Source of the DNA: Nageia nagi
Taxonomy: Eukaryota > Plantae > Pinophyta
NCBI GenBank assembly: GCA_050084985.1
Contig: JBITNC010000001.1
Span: 72,664,001 to 72,728,000 of the forward strand
Direction: 5' to 3'
DNA: 64,000 nt
Shown: positions 14,336 through 28,400 of the stretch, piece by piece
How the letters are laid out: each line of letters begins with the position of its first letter
Numbering within the stretch: position 1 is the first letter of the stretch
The notes under the pieces: generated by a model
Told to the model about the DNA's origin: nothing
Database searches by the model: none
What the model saw: only the letters and a program-made list of their open reading frames with translations
Program-made: the position numbers and the translations under genes

Positions 14336-14739
14336 TGTTACAATGCTACAAATATGAAAAAGGGAAATATTATAGAAATGAAATGAATATGTAATTGAAA
14401 TAGGAAAATGATGACTATATATTGCAAATAACAAAGCATGTGCTAGTAAATAGAACACAAAATAGCATCAATAAGCATATAAGGATAGGATTTTATTGAA
14501 TAGTAATAGAATCATAGGCCACTTTGAGGGGGCTACCTCCTTACAACTCCAAAGGAAAAAAATAATGTTCAATATTCCTTTCTCCACACACTTCTATCTA
14601 TTTATATCAAACTAACCCTAACCCTAATAGTAATGCAAAATTGGGTTCTACCCTTACAATCATAATATTATAATGTAGGTTGATAATTTAATAAAATACT
14701 AATGCTAACACTAAAATGTTAGGATGTGGGATCCTAACA
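14336..14739 (-). repeat. 3' LTR of the Gypsy element
   Basis: TGTTA...TAACA termini; direct repeat of 19945-20343. Confidence 0.92.
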
Positions 14740-17700
14740 TGCCACCCATATTGGGATGAAGCTTTGTCCTCAAAGCTTGAAGTGTGGAAACTATTGCTAT
14801 AGCTGATGAAGGATTTCCCATGTTGCATCTTCTAGTGCCATGCCTTGCCACTGCATAAGGACTTCTATGATAGAGAGATTACAAAGCTATCTTGAGCATT
14901 GATCCATAACTACCTTAGGTACAACTACCATTGATCCATCCTCTACCAACTTAGGTAATTATGTCTAAACTCAAACCTCTAATCTAATCACTTTCATGAG
15001 GTAAGAGACATGAAACACTAGGTGAATCTTGGAAGAAGTAGGAAGCTATAATTTGTATGCAACTAGGCTAATGCATCGTAACACCTTGTAAGGACCATAA
15101 AACTTTGGGGCAAATTTTTGAGGGCCTTTTATTTTTAAGGATTTGGTGATAAGGTTGCAACCTCAAAAAGACCATGTCATCTACCTAGAACTCCCTTTCC
15201 ACATGTTGCTGATCAGCTTGTTATTTAATATGATGTTGGGCTATCTGAAGGTTATCCTTGAGAAAATAAGGAATATCAACTCGAGTAACTAAATCTGATT
15301 CAAATACCTAAACTTTATTGGTACATGCAACATATGAGGTGAATGATGGTGGAGCTTGACCATACATTGCTTCATAGGGGGTCATCTTATTAGCAAAATG
15401 ATAAGATATATTATAACACCATTCAGCCAAGGGAAGCCATCGTACCTAATGCATAAGTTGTGTGAAGAAAAATAATGTAAATATATTTCTAAGCATTTGT
15501 TGACAATTTTAGTTTGACCATCAGTTTGTGGGTGATATGCTGAGCTCATGTTTAGTTGGGTACCTTGAAGTTTAAAAAGCTCTTACCAAAAATGACTTGT
15601 AAAAGTGGGATCATGCTCATTGATAATCATCTCTAGCATGCCATGTAGTTTGAAAATTATATCTAGGAATAATTATGCCACTATCACTACTTTGTAGGTA
15701 TGAGCCAATGAACCAAAATGAGCATATTTGGATAATCAATCAACCACCACTAGAATAACTAATTTACCATGAGATTTAGGAAGGCCTTCAATTAAATCCA
15801 TTGAGATATCAGTCCATGTATGGATAGGTATGGGGAGAGGTTGAAGGAGTCCCAGAGTACCCACTATCTCACCCTTTTGTCATTGATACACATCACAAGC
15901 TACCACAAACTACTTGATATCCAATTTCCTACATGTCCAATAGAATGACTATGCCACTTGCTTATAAGTTTTCAAAAATCCTTCATGTCTTGATGTAGGT
16001 GTGGAATGCAATTTGGCAAGTATTTTTTATTTACATTTTGAAGGAGATGGTAACATAATTTGACCTTTGAATCTCAAAATACTATCATGCCATGTATGGT
16101 GTGGTTTACTCATGGGATCTTGAGTGATCTATTTTAGTAATTCTTGGGTGAAGCTATCCTTTGCCCACTCTTATTTAACTTTATCCAACCATTGAAGAAT
16201 AGGAGATGAAAGAGCTTGCAATGCTACTTGATCTTCAAATTTTTTGAAAAAAGCATCGACAACCACATTCTCCTTACCTTTATGGTATAGTATCTCATAA
16301 TCATACCCTAGTAGTTTAGTCACCCATTTTTGTTGCTCAAGCATAAAAATGTGTTGTTTAATGAAAATTTTTAAATTATGATGATCTATGAGGATGATGA
16401 AATGGTGACCAATGAGATATGGTCTCTAACATTGAACTGCATGAATGATGGTAAGCATTTCTTTTTCATAGGTGGATTTACCCAAATTTTTTCCAAAGAG
16501 TGCTCTACTAGTGAATGGTAAGGGATACCCCTCCTACATTAATACTACCCTGATTCCTACTCCACAAGCATCACTTTCTATCACAAATATTTTAGAAAAA
16601 TCTAGCATTACTAATATTGGGGTGGTACACATCACCTCCTTGAGCTTAAGGAAAGCTGCCTTAGCTTGAGGGGACAATTAGAATGCATTCGTTTTCAACA
16701 ACATGGTTAGAGGTGTTGTAATCTTACCATAATCCTTCACAAATTTCTTCTAATAGCTTATCAAACCTAAGAATCCTCAAATACTTTTTAAAGATGTAGG
16801 AATAAACTAGTTTTGCATGTCAGTAATCTTTTGTGGATCCACCTTAACTCTCTCTTTGGATATAACATGGCCTAAGTAATCAATTTCCCTCTTACCAAAT
16901 GAAAATTTTGATTTTTTTGCATATAACTAGTGTTCCTTCAAAATTTGTAAGGTTTGGTCAACATCTGCCACATGTTCTTGCCATGTCTTATTGTAGATTA
17001 AGATATCATCAAAGAAAACTAAAATGAACTTCCTCAGGAATGCATGAAACACCTGATTTATTAAACTTTGAAATGTGGATGGAGCATTTGTGAGGCCAAA
17101 AGGTATGACCAAGAACTCATAATGGCCCTCATGGGTGCAAAATGCAATTTTTGGTATATCCTCCTCCTTGAGGTGGATTTGGTGATACCTAGATCATAGA
17201 TCTAGCTTGGAAAAATATCTTGCCTCATGTAGTTCATCCAATAATTTATCAATGATTGGGATGGAAAATTTGTCCTTGATGGTAATTTTGTTAAGAGCCT
17301 AAAATCCACACACATACACCAAGACCCATCTTTCTTATGAACCAATATAATTGGAGAAGAATATGGGCTTATGCTAGGTCAAATTACTCTTGCATCCAAT
17401 AGCTCCTTAACCAATTTTTCAATTTCATTTTTCTATAAACAAGGATACTAATAAGGATGAATGTTTGGTGGGTGACTTCGCAGCACCAACTAGATAGCAT
17501 GATCATGTGATCGTTGGGGTGGTAAGCCCCTTGGTTCCTTAAAGGTAATTGAATGCTTACTTAAGATGTGCTATAGATCCTTAGGCTCTATGATTTTAGA
17601 TTCGATGATTGATAAAGAGTATAATTGTGCTAGCATCCCTTTCCTAGTTCTTCATAGGATCTTTTCCATGCAATGTGAGCTCACAATTTGTATAGATCCA

Positions 17701-19930
17701 CCCTATAATCCCCTGAGAGTATGCTCTTGTTCATTATTTTGAAGGTCATCCATAGCTCTATAAAATTCCAATGTATAGTGCCCAAATTCCTCAACCATTG
17801 TACCCCCAAAACTATATCACATCCCCCAAGTGGTAAAGTGTACATGTCACTTTTCAAAGTATAATGGTCCATGCTGAGTTTGACATTGTGACATGTGCCT
17901 TTAGATGCTATTTTTCCTCCATTACCAACCATAACCTCAAAATTATTTGTAGGGTGGATGTAACAGTTAGCAACCTTAGCCATTCATGGATAAATGAGAT
18001 TATGAGTACTTTTTGAATCCAACAATATTATGAGTGAGCACTTTTTAATGAACCCTTTCACCTTCATAGTTTGAGGGTGTGGTAATTCCTGCCAATGCAT
18101 TGTAAGAGATAACTAGGGCCTCCTCATTTGGAATTTCCTCTATAGTCTCTTCAGGTGCACTCTCATATTCCTCCTCACTAGGAGCATCAACATCAAGCAA
18201 ATATAACTTTTATTATGTACAATGATGACCACAAACAAATTTTTCATCATAATTATAGCATAAGCCCTTCTTTCAATGCTCTTCCATTTCTTCCACATCA
18301 ACTTCTTAGTTTACATTGTGCGATTTGATGGTGGGGCACTTATGTTATTAGAGGAATGGGAAATATTATGTGTTTTTGTGAATGGAGGTCTTGCATTTCA
18401 TTTATGAGCACTAGCTTTATCTTCAGCAAGCTTTGCCAAGGCAATAGCATCTATCATATTTTTGGGATTAAACATTTTTGACCTCTAGTTTAATTTCTTC
18501 CTTTAAGCCACTAATAAGATAACTTGTAAAAAATGCATCATCCAACCCCTTTATGTGATTTGCTAATTTCTTAAATTGATTTTGGTATTCTTTAACTGTT
18601 GTAGTTTGATGTAACTTAGTTAATACCCTATGAAGTCTTCATAGTCACTAGGACCAAAATAGATCAATAATGCTGAGTGAATTCATCCCATGAAGGAGCA
18701 AGATGCATTTTGGAGTACCACTAGTGCCATTGGAGAGCCTCATGGTCCAAATGAAAATATGCCATGTGCACCTTCAAATCCTCTAGGATTTTGTTCAATG
18801 TGAAATACTGTCCAACTTTATAAATCTAGCCATTGGGATTATCTCCATCAAATCAAGAAAAATCCAATTTGGTTGTGTAGGGAAGAATGAAACCACCTTG
18901 TTGGATCTAAAAGTTATGATGATACCCTTATGGATTTCTTGATTGTCCTAATTGGTATGAACTAGATACATTGTTGTTATGACTGAGACTTAGTTGAACA
19001 CTATCACATTTACTATTAAGGGTTTGTATTTATATCTGTATTTATCAAATTTCTACTCTAAATGTATTGGTAAGTGTATATGCCATTTGTTGGATCATAT
19101 TTTGAAATGTCATCATGGTAGGATTAGCTTGTGCTACTATTTGGGATCTTATTTTAGGTGCCATTTCTTAAAACTACTATTTTGAAGCTGATATTCCTAA
19201 AAATTGCTATTTTTAGAAATTACTATTTTTTAGAAATTTCCCAAAAAAGTGTATGGGTGTAATATATCAAAATAATTAGCTCAAAAAATGATCATAATGG
19301 GCTAGGTCTTCTAATGATGATTTTTGGATCCTCAAACTTTTTTTTTATGTCTATGGGTCTATCTGCTTCTGTTAAAAGTTGTTGAAAAGTACAGATTTTT
19401 AATTATTTAGCTCTAAAGTTTTTACTACCTTTGAATTGCTATTTTTGGTGGCTTTGAAAAACTACATCTCATACATTCTGCTTCCCAATTAAGTTTTTGT
19501 GTGAAGAAACAATTCTAAGGTAAGGATTATCTACTCTATAGGCTTGTCTAAATGCCCCTCCTATCCAACTTTCATAAGGAATGAGGCTACAAATATGGCT
19601 TCTATGATAAGTAACTTTCCAATGGCACTTGCTAGTGTACTATAGTTTACAAATGATCAATATATCTTCCTACTTAGTTTTCATTTATAACCTAGATAGT
19701 ATTCAATATAGTTTTTGGTATGTGGAGTCCAATTCTATGTAGGGTTTATCTAAGGCTTGGTATTGGTGCAGAGTTTTTTTCACCTCACTTTACACACAAC
19801 TTATGGTAAGTGTGCTTAGCCAAAAATGATAGATCCTCCTAGATATTTTAAAACCCTCAGTACAAGGTTTCTAGCCTAGACCTCTAAATTTTTTTTTTTA
19901 ATTTTCTATAGTACAATGGCCCTAGAAAGA

Positions 19931-19942
19931 GCTCTAATACTA
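19931..19942 (-). other. Primer-binding site (tRNA-iMet type), decayed
   Basis: Minus strand TAGTATTAGAGC vs canonical TGGTATCAGAGC, 2 nt from the LTR. Confidence 0.8.
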
Positions 19943-19944
19943 GA

Positions 19945-20343
19945 TGTTATGATGCTACAAATATGAAAAATCAAAATATTATAGAAATGAAATGAATATG
20001 GAATTGAAATAGGAAATGATGACTATATATTGCAAATAATAGATCATGCACTCATAAATAGAACATGAAATAGCATCAATAAGTAGATAAGGATAGGATT
20101 TTATTGAATAGTAATAGAATCATAAGATGCTTCAAGGGGCTACCTCCTTACAACTCCAAAGGTGAAAAATAATGTTAAGATGCCTTTCTCCACATACTTC
20201 TATCTATTTATTTAAACTAACCCTAACCTTAATAGTAATGCAGAATCGGGCCTCGCCCTTACAATCACAATATTACAATATAGGCTGATAATTTAATAAA
20301 ATACTAATACTAACACTAAAATGCTAGGATGGGGATCCTAATA
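19945..20343 (-). repeat. 5' LTR of the Gypsy element
   Basis: Direct repeat of 14336-14739; terminal CA on + strand decayed to TA. Confidence 0.92.
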
Positions 20344-20689
20344 GGTTGGTACAATAATGGGTTATATTACTCTAAATGACCAATTAACATGGGTTTGAGG
20401 CATACCATCTAGCAATCCTAAACAACATCACATGGGGAAAAAGGGTGGACATCCTTTACTTTCTCTTTAAGGACCTAGAAGAGGAGGTAAATGAAATCTA
20501 AAAAAGTTTAATCAAGTATACCTTGCACTAGGTTTATTCTTAGTGGTAGCTAAGAATAACCATGAGGAAACTCATGGAGTATTCTAGTCACTTCCTCTAA
20601 GAAAAATACCAAAGGATAGTACCATAAAAATTCTTCCTATATAGAAATTGTTAATCGAGGGTTTAATTAAGGGTTTGTAGAAAAAAATT

Positions 20690-23600
20690 TCTCCTTTAGT
20701 ATTTATCCAACACTTCTATACATTTATCTATTCTAAAGTATGTACTAAATTATTTGATAAAATTAGTCTCTTGGTTAGGTAATATTTCAATCTCTTCAAT
20801 GAAAGAAACCATCTAGGAATCCATAGTCATATTTTCACATAGCGCTCTTCCTTGGACCAGCTTAGTTAGCTTTATATCTACATCATATTCTAGTATTTTG
20901 TAGCTTAATTAGTTTTTCTTCTCTAATATTTCCTCAAATAACATAATTTTTAACATCTAGGTGAATGGTATAAAAAGAATCATTTTTAGGGATATACATA
21001 ATGTTTGAATTTTTTAAGTAATTTCATTATTATAAATATTTATTTTTCAATAAAATAGGACCTAAGTTTTTGATGATCATGCAATATTTTGTTTTTTATG
21101 GAAAGCAATGGGATGCTCTTCTTCTTTATCATCTCTTTGAGATAGAATATTCACTATACATTTCTTCACATTATAACATACATGATGAAGTATTTTGAAA
21201 AATCAATATTTTAAGGACCAATTCTTGAAAAATAACTTATTTTATCTTATAAAAGGCTTACTTTACTTTTGGGGATTAGATAAATTGAATATCCTTTTTT
21301 AGCATAGCACTAATAGGTACCATAATTTTGGAAAAATCATTAATAAATTTTCTAACAAAAATTAATCAATCCCAAGAATGATTGCAATGCATATTTTTAG
21401 GGTAAAGGTAAAGCTTATATTTTTTACTAGATCAACATTAATAAATACTATCTCTTCTAAAACAACATGATTGAGAAGATTTCCTTGATTTACCATAAAT
21501 ATTAATTTCTTGGAATTTATAGAGTTGATTCCAAAATGCTTTCAATTTTCAAATACTAATCGAGATATTGTATGTGATATTTCTTATCCTATGATAAAAT
21601 AATGATACCATCAAGGTAAACTAAAATGATCTTTTTAATCAACTCACCAAATTTGTGATCTATGGCTCTTTGAAATATAGCCTTGGTGTTTGATAGATTA
21701 AAAGGCATTCTTTAGAAAGAAAAGGTACCCCATTTGGAAGTAAATATCATTTTGTGTTGTTTCTCATTTTTTACTCATATTTAATTAAACCTAGAGAATC
21801 CATCAATAATTGAGAAACAACAAGTATTGATGACTATTTGCAGGATTTATTCCATAGGAGGGATGGGTAATTATCTTTCAGATAAATATTATTAAGATTT
21901 CTAAATTCAACATAAAGTCTTATCTCCCAATTCTTTTTTCTTACAAAAATAAGTTGGCAACCCAAATTGAATGCTTGATATAATAGATAATATTAGCATT
22001 GATCAACATTAACAACTCTTATTTCATATCTTCTTCAAGCTTTGGTTAATTGCTATTTATTTTTTCCAGTTAAGCTTTGCTCTTAGAACTAGTTCTATAC
22101 TATGTTGTATCACATCTTCATCATATTCTTTAGATCATCATATCTTCATCAATGATACTAGCATATTCATTGGATAATTTAATAGCCTTATTTTCCTCCT
22201 CTAAATTGCATTCTTATTCAATCTTAATGTTCTTATTAGTGTTGAATGTAGCCTATTTGTGACTTTATTTGTATAATACCAAGGATCTAGCTCTCTATTG
22301 ATATTTTGAATCAAAAATTTTATCAAGGATTTTTGGCTTTTGCAAAATAATAATTGTTCCTCAATTGAATGATGTTAGCTTATTCCAAAAAATCATGTAG
22401 TTTTTTTACCAGATACATGGTAAACTGCTTCATCCACTAGAAATTCTATAATTTGCACATCAAAGTCAAATACTTGCCAATATATTTATATATTAAGGAT
22501 TTAAGATCTATACATTACTTTAACCCCACCAATATCTATAATATGATGATTCAGGTTAAGTGGGTACCCTTTGTATCAAGAGCATTATCTAATTAATTAT
22601 GTTTCTTAGTTCATAGCTAAACACAATGCTTTATATTCAACCACGTTATTAGTATAACCCCAAAAAGGTAGTAAGAGAATATTTTTATATGTCCCTTATT
22701 GGCTTCATAATGCATTGGATCCAAAACCTTTCTTGCATATTAACACATCAAAATATGTATTCCATTATTCATACTCTTTAGTTGTTACTAATATGAGGTT
22801 GATATTTTCATATAGGCAATAGTTTCCCATTCCAACATTAGTGATAACATAGTTAAGATCATTAGCTGATAATATCTCATGGTCATCAATGCTTATTGAT
22901 AAGATCATTATCTTTCACTTCAACACCATCCCTATTGAAAATGTTTTTAGGAATTATTTTGGTATGGAAAAAAATGCACCTTCATTAGGTATATTAACTC
23001 TCTTATTCTCAAAAGGAACTTCTAAGTGAGAATAGTCCATGAGTAAGTAACCTCCTAGTTTGGTTATAAATTCTATAGAAAGATACATTCCAAAAAATTA
23101 GGAAAGATCTACAACTACAATATCTTGGATCATTGTGATCTAATAAAATTTTTAGGGACATAGGTACTTTTTGAATACTCCTACAACATCCACTGGTGTT
23201 CCATCTAGTTGTAGAAGTCCTTCATGATAATAACTATAATAGAATTTTAACTCCTTGGCTATTGTTCTATGTATGATTTTGCTAGTAGCTATATTATCTA
23301 TTAAGGATTTATGCATTTTCCACCCTTCCATTCTAAGGGAGATGTAGAATAGATGAAGTATAGCTACCCCTATGGGAGTTAGAAGCTGAAGCTCAAGTTT
23401 AACCATCATAGTATTATCAATAAGAAACTATCCTTTGGGTTATTTTATACTTGAAGCTTCTTGAAGTAAATATATTTATCCTAGTATTAATAATACATCA
23501 AACATTAAGACTCTGGAAGGAGTTACCTTTAATTCTTTAACAATATTATAAGGGGAAGTGGGAAGTGACTTACTCATATTAGATAGTTGAAAGTATTGTA

Positions 23601-25350
23601 TTGTTGAGAAACTCTTTTTATATTATTCTATGATAAAATGATATCACAATTTTTGTATAATACTCTTCAATTTATCTAGGTCTTTTGGAATTGGTACAAT
23701 TTTATGCACTGGTGGTAATTATTATCAAGCTTTGAGATACTTTGAGTAGCATCTTGGTTTGTTGAAGGTACTTTATTTTGATTGGATTTAGGATTCTTGA
23801 GAAATTATTTAGGTTTAAACATTGTAACTTCTTGAGATGACCTTATTGCACATAATTTAGATAACACTCTATATACCCTAGAATAAATAGATTCATCATT
23901 GTTCATTCTACCATATGGTCCACCATTTGGTTAGCTCTTATTCTCAAGTATTAATGTTGATACAATATAGAAGTGTATGCAACATAAGGATCATTATATG
24001 TAGCTTACCATTCTAGATCCTTAAGTGATTCAACTTCAATAGTTTTAGTTGTACTAACCATTATGGTTTGTTGGACATGGTTAGAAGTATTTGATTAACC
24101 AATTTGAGCTTGATCATATTAAACCTAAGGATAAGGTAAATTTCTTTGATACTAGTACTTAAGCTTCTTCTAGGAATCTTGGTTTTATCATGGGGGGGTC
24201 ACTTAATAGAAAGCCTTCATAACACTTGCATCCATGGGCTTATTAAAAAACCCCCTATTTTAAAAATTTACCACCTTCTATTTTAATTTATTAAACCCTC
24301 ATGGTAAACTCCTAAATAAAAATAGCAACTCCTATATAATAAATAATATAATTTTTTATTCCTTTTTTTCTTTCCAAATAAATATATAATATGAATTAAA
24401 ATGAAATGCTTAATAAATTAAAATATTTTATTTTTTTATAATTCATTATTTATCAAACAAAAAATAATCCAAATGAGTTTATAATAAACTAAATAAAAAT
24501 AATAATGGTTATTAAGATAGTTCAAGGAATTTGAGAAATTGAAGTTATAATAGGTTTAGAATAAAAAATCAAATATAACCCCACTCCTTCAAACTAATAC
24601 TAGTAAAATATATTATTGCATGAGTTTTAAACACCCCTACCACCCTCCCCCTATTAAATACTTACCAATATACTGATAATTCAACTTTATATTAAAAATA
24701 CCCCTTGGTAGGACTCACGTGCTATTTAGCATTTCTTAACAATGAGCCCCCCTTGTTGGTTTTATATTTTAGATAATGTTAGCCTATTGGTCAAATTACA
24801 AATAATTATCTCCAATTGCTTGAGTTTTTTGGCTTCTTGAGGATTAAGAATGATATTTGTAGAAGCTAATGGTAGTAACATTAGGACTAGCGCTACAACT
24901 ACCAGTTGAGGAGGAGGGAATGAATATGTAAATGACCCATCTCCGCAAAGAGTTAAGGTTTGACCTCATACCAAATAACTTCTCTACCAAATTGTGAACC
25001 ACTCTATCCATAGAAAAATACAAGATATCTTTAAGGATACAAAGATTACCTTTATGTATTAGAAGTTCAAAGTAAGGTGTGGTTCATTATTTCTTTGGAG
25101 GGGTACCATGTACCATATTTACCCATGACTTCTTTGCCACATAAACCATATGGAAAAGGGAATAAGGCCTACAATAAATAGAATTTTCAATTGAAAGCAT
25201 GTCCAAAACTACCCTAAAAGTTTTACTCTTGCTCTAGGATCAAAGTTTGGTATACATCTTGAGGGTCTATAATATTAGCATATCATTGATTTATAGCTTA
25301 TTTCCTAAGTTCTTCTATCATTTTCATCCATAGAGTGTGTGCAATAAGTT
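20690..25350 (-). mobile_element. Decayed Tat-lineage Ty3/Gypsy gag-pol remnant with order PR-aRH-RT-RH
   Basis: Protease-like LIDNIATSKI (ORF 23152-23409); aRH WNTYFDV...TNNVVEYKAL ~22610-22765; IIQLRNN ~22350-22375; RT RMPFNLSNTKAIFQRA ~21665-21712 and VYLDG ~21608-21622. Confidence 0.75.
24189..24755 (+). mobile_element. hAT-type non-autonomous element (MITE), copy 1, with variant AT-rich interior
   Basis: Termini CATGGGGGGGTCACTT...AATGAGCCCCCCTTG; ttggttttat duplicated on both sides; terminal ~130-150 bp shared with copies 2 and 3. Confidence 0.85.
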
Positions 25351-26169
25351 GAGTCTACATAAAGAGGAAGTTCTAGTACTAAGAAATATTTCAGATAAAA
25401 GTATTATTTTTTTAATAACATTTAATATTTTTATTAAATTAAAAAATAATATATATGGGGATAAGCTATAGATAATTCTCTACAAAATATTTTTTTAAAT
25501 TTAATAAGTTTAGATCAAATTATGTATGTTAGACATGATTAATTTTTGAAACAACAATCATGACCAATGCAAAATTAATAAAAAATAAAATATTCATAAA
25601 ATATTATAAAACAAATATCTAGACAAGCTTTAATATCATAGGTATCTTTTCCCAAAAGGATTTTTAAAAATACTTCAATTTGTATCAAATTATAATTTTT
25701 AGATATTTGCATGGTATGGTCTTGAAATAATATATTTTAAAAAGTGGTTCTTATTCATCCCCATAAAAATTTAATTTCTATCATTTGGGTATTGGAATAA
25801 ATTACATATTTGAAAACTAGACTCTGAGATCTACATTTTCACTCTAGCAAGCATTTTCAAGATTCCATGTATAAGTGCTTCAAATTTTGAGATAAATTGT
25901 GGAGAAAAATTGAAACTTATGAAAAAACATTAACTTTTTAACCATAAAGTGGATGCAACTTCTTGCACTAACCCCATAGTTTGATGTATTCTAGCCATCT
26001 CCTAGGTAAATAGGATGTAGGGCAATCCTAGAGGAGTCATGCTTGCTCCTGAATTAAGGTATAAGGATCTATAATTACTTTCTCCCTTCTTTCTCTTTCT
26101 CACCTCTAAGCTCTTGCTCCCATTCTAACTTTGCACAATTTCAAATTTTGAAATCCAAGGAATAATTAT

Positions 26170-28400
26170 TATAAGAGATGGTTATGCCTTTTGGCTTAGC
26201 TAATGTACTAACCACTTTCATGATAATAATGTATAACATTTTATACTCTATACAAACTAATTATTTATAACCTATGTGCATTTCATCCTCATTTATAGAA
26301 AAATATGGTAAAAAACACATGAAGTATATTGAGAAAGATTTTCACACTCTTTAGAAGTATACAAAACATGTTAGTTGGGAGAAATTTACTTTCAATATGG
26401 AGGATAAGGAGGCAAAGTATTTTGAAAGGGCATTGAGTATATTTTTATCTAGAAATGTTTCAAGCTATAAAAGAATAGCCTAAATTTAAAAATCTTATAA
26501 GGTTTCATATATTATTTATTATTACCAACTTGTATAAAAGATTTATTATTTATTATTACCAAATATGTACTTAATCTAGTCCTCACTTAACATGGACATA
26601 TGGAGGTATGTGAAAATGGTTTTCTTAATAATAATTTTTTTTAAGGGTATACCGTTTATGTAAAGATATCCATGTTATTATCTTGATATGTAAATAATAG
26701 AAGTAATAGATATTAGGTAAAGTCATTGATGCTCATCACCATCTATTGGAGATCATAACCTTGCAAATAAATACTTAATGTAGGATATAGAATATGATTA
26801 TTATACTTGTAATATTAATAAACACATCAGTTACTCTCATTATTTTATGTGTTTTATATATTTCCTTAAGTATTAGTCTAAAAGTAATATCTAAAAATGT
26901 TGGGTTCAACATTAACTAACATGACCTTTATATATTGGTATGTTGTTAGTAAAAGTTATTACAAAATAATAATAAATTTAGTTATAATTGATCACCAAGA
27001 AATATAAAGGGAAATATCACTATAATTATTGATTTCTTAAGTGCACCATTGAAATATTATAAGCCTTACCATAATCCTTTCTTATTTTAGTAATAATATA
27101 TAATCCTTACCAACCATTTACAAAGAAAATATTGATTTTGAGGATATATATAAAATTAGGTAAAGATAAACATATGTTACACTTTTTATTTTCAATATAA
27201 TCTTACTTATAGGATAGATCATCTAGATTATCTTTATGTACTATCTAATAAATACCAAATTTTGGTTTTGAAATCTCACTTTGGGCTCCCAATTAGATAC
27301 TTTTGTATTAAAAATATCTTGAGTGGACTTCAAACTCAATTTTCTAGTCAATCATAATATGAAATGATATTGGAAAATATTGATAGTAATATGTTTCTTA
27401 TACCATATTCATATTATACAATAAGAAGTAAAGGTTGTACATAATATCATCAATAATTACCAAGTAATAGAAATCCATCTTTGTAGATTTTCTTCTTGGT
27501 TGATAATACAATGCATGATAGTAATTATTTTTATATTATAATTGATATATTTTTTAAAATGTCTAATGATTGATTACAAAAATAACTAAAGAAATTTCTA
27601 GTTTATTATTTATCATATGTGGACTCACTTGGTTTGCTAAGTATCATTTCCCTTTATGAAAATAATAGATATTTTAACATATTTTAATCCATTAGTATGG
27701 CTAGGACTAATATGAAGGTCTCTTGATCTATATAATTCACCTTGAACTAATGAATATACAGACATAGTGAGTCAATTTAATATTCCTATTATAGTTTTAC
27801 AATTCCAAGCATCCTTACACTTAGGATAAGAGTATTTGATAAGTATATATCTATATATAATCAATTTATATATAATCCATCCACATATAGACTTATTTTC
27901 AAGTGTGTTATTTCTTTTACATCTTACTTACACAAATTTTTCTTTGCCTCCTTAACTTCAATGAAATAAAATAATATGGATAAACTGGAAGAGAAAAATA
28001 AATTATGGAATACTTCAAAACATATAAATGGAGATCCAAAATCTATTGAAGAAAGGAATATTGAGGTATGATAAAAAGATATAGTTATTAGTTCAAGGTT
28101 GGAGACACATGTAATCCTATCTACAAAGATAATGTTTTATTAGTGACAATATGAATATTTTCCCAATTTGTTATGAATCTTACATCATCACCAAAAGTAT
28201 TACTTACCAACCTATTTGTCGTTTCATCCCTTTTTCAATGTCAAACTTCTAAGGCTCTAACATATATCACTATTTAACATCCTTGATATTATTAAATATT
28301 TGACTCTAGTAAATATCACTTCAGAATATCTAGCGCTCATGGAAGAAGATAAGATGTAAATATATGGGAATAATAATAAGTTAGTTTATATGAATACCAA
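26170..28400 (+). mobile_element. Highly eroded Ty3/Gypsy pol remnant (RT to integrase)
   Basis: VMPFGLAN at ~26180; integrase-like SIFVDF ~27474; boundaries approximate. Confidence 0.55.

Larger units (their letters stand above)
14336..20343 (-). mobile_element. Structurally complete but decayed Ty3/Gypsy chromovirus (Reina/CRM-like), ~6.0 kb
   Basis: Two ~400-bp LTRs; GGTTG TSD at 14331-14335 and 20344-20348; tRNA-iMet PBS; protease ILLDSKSTHN ~18000-18030; RT PFGLTNAPSTFQ...FFDD (ORF 16927-17112); integrase ~15300-15900; chromodomain VLMQWQGMALEDATWE ~14815-14862. Confidence 0.95.
13930..20560 (+). pseudogene. LINE-A ORF3 remnant (13930-14335 joined to 20349-~20560), split by the Gypsy insertion
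   Basis: One frame runs from ATG 13930 through the GGTTG TSD with in-frame stops only: GFDIGIVHQIASN*NNDKVIVGAFSFEI...QPWSKVV|GTIMGYITL; after a frameshift, YHLAILNN...VDILYFL. Aligns with 35535-36950. Confidence 0.75.
5850..20687 (+). mobile_element. LINE-A: decayed L1-type LINE (ORF1 remnant, ORF2 EN-RT-zf-RNaseH, extra ORF3) carrying three nested insertions
   Basis: ORF1 remnant ~5850-6885 (VIGNGVGKF, CEICKK); ORF2 motifs listed in the next feature; ORF3 at 13930-14335 + 20349-20560; weak A-tail at 20681-20687. Both ends are uncertain. Confidence 0.75.

Noticed and set aside
14612-14626. (TAACCC)2 telomere-like motif
   Set aside because: Only two units, inside an LTR; not an interstitial telomere array.
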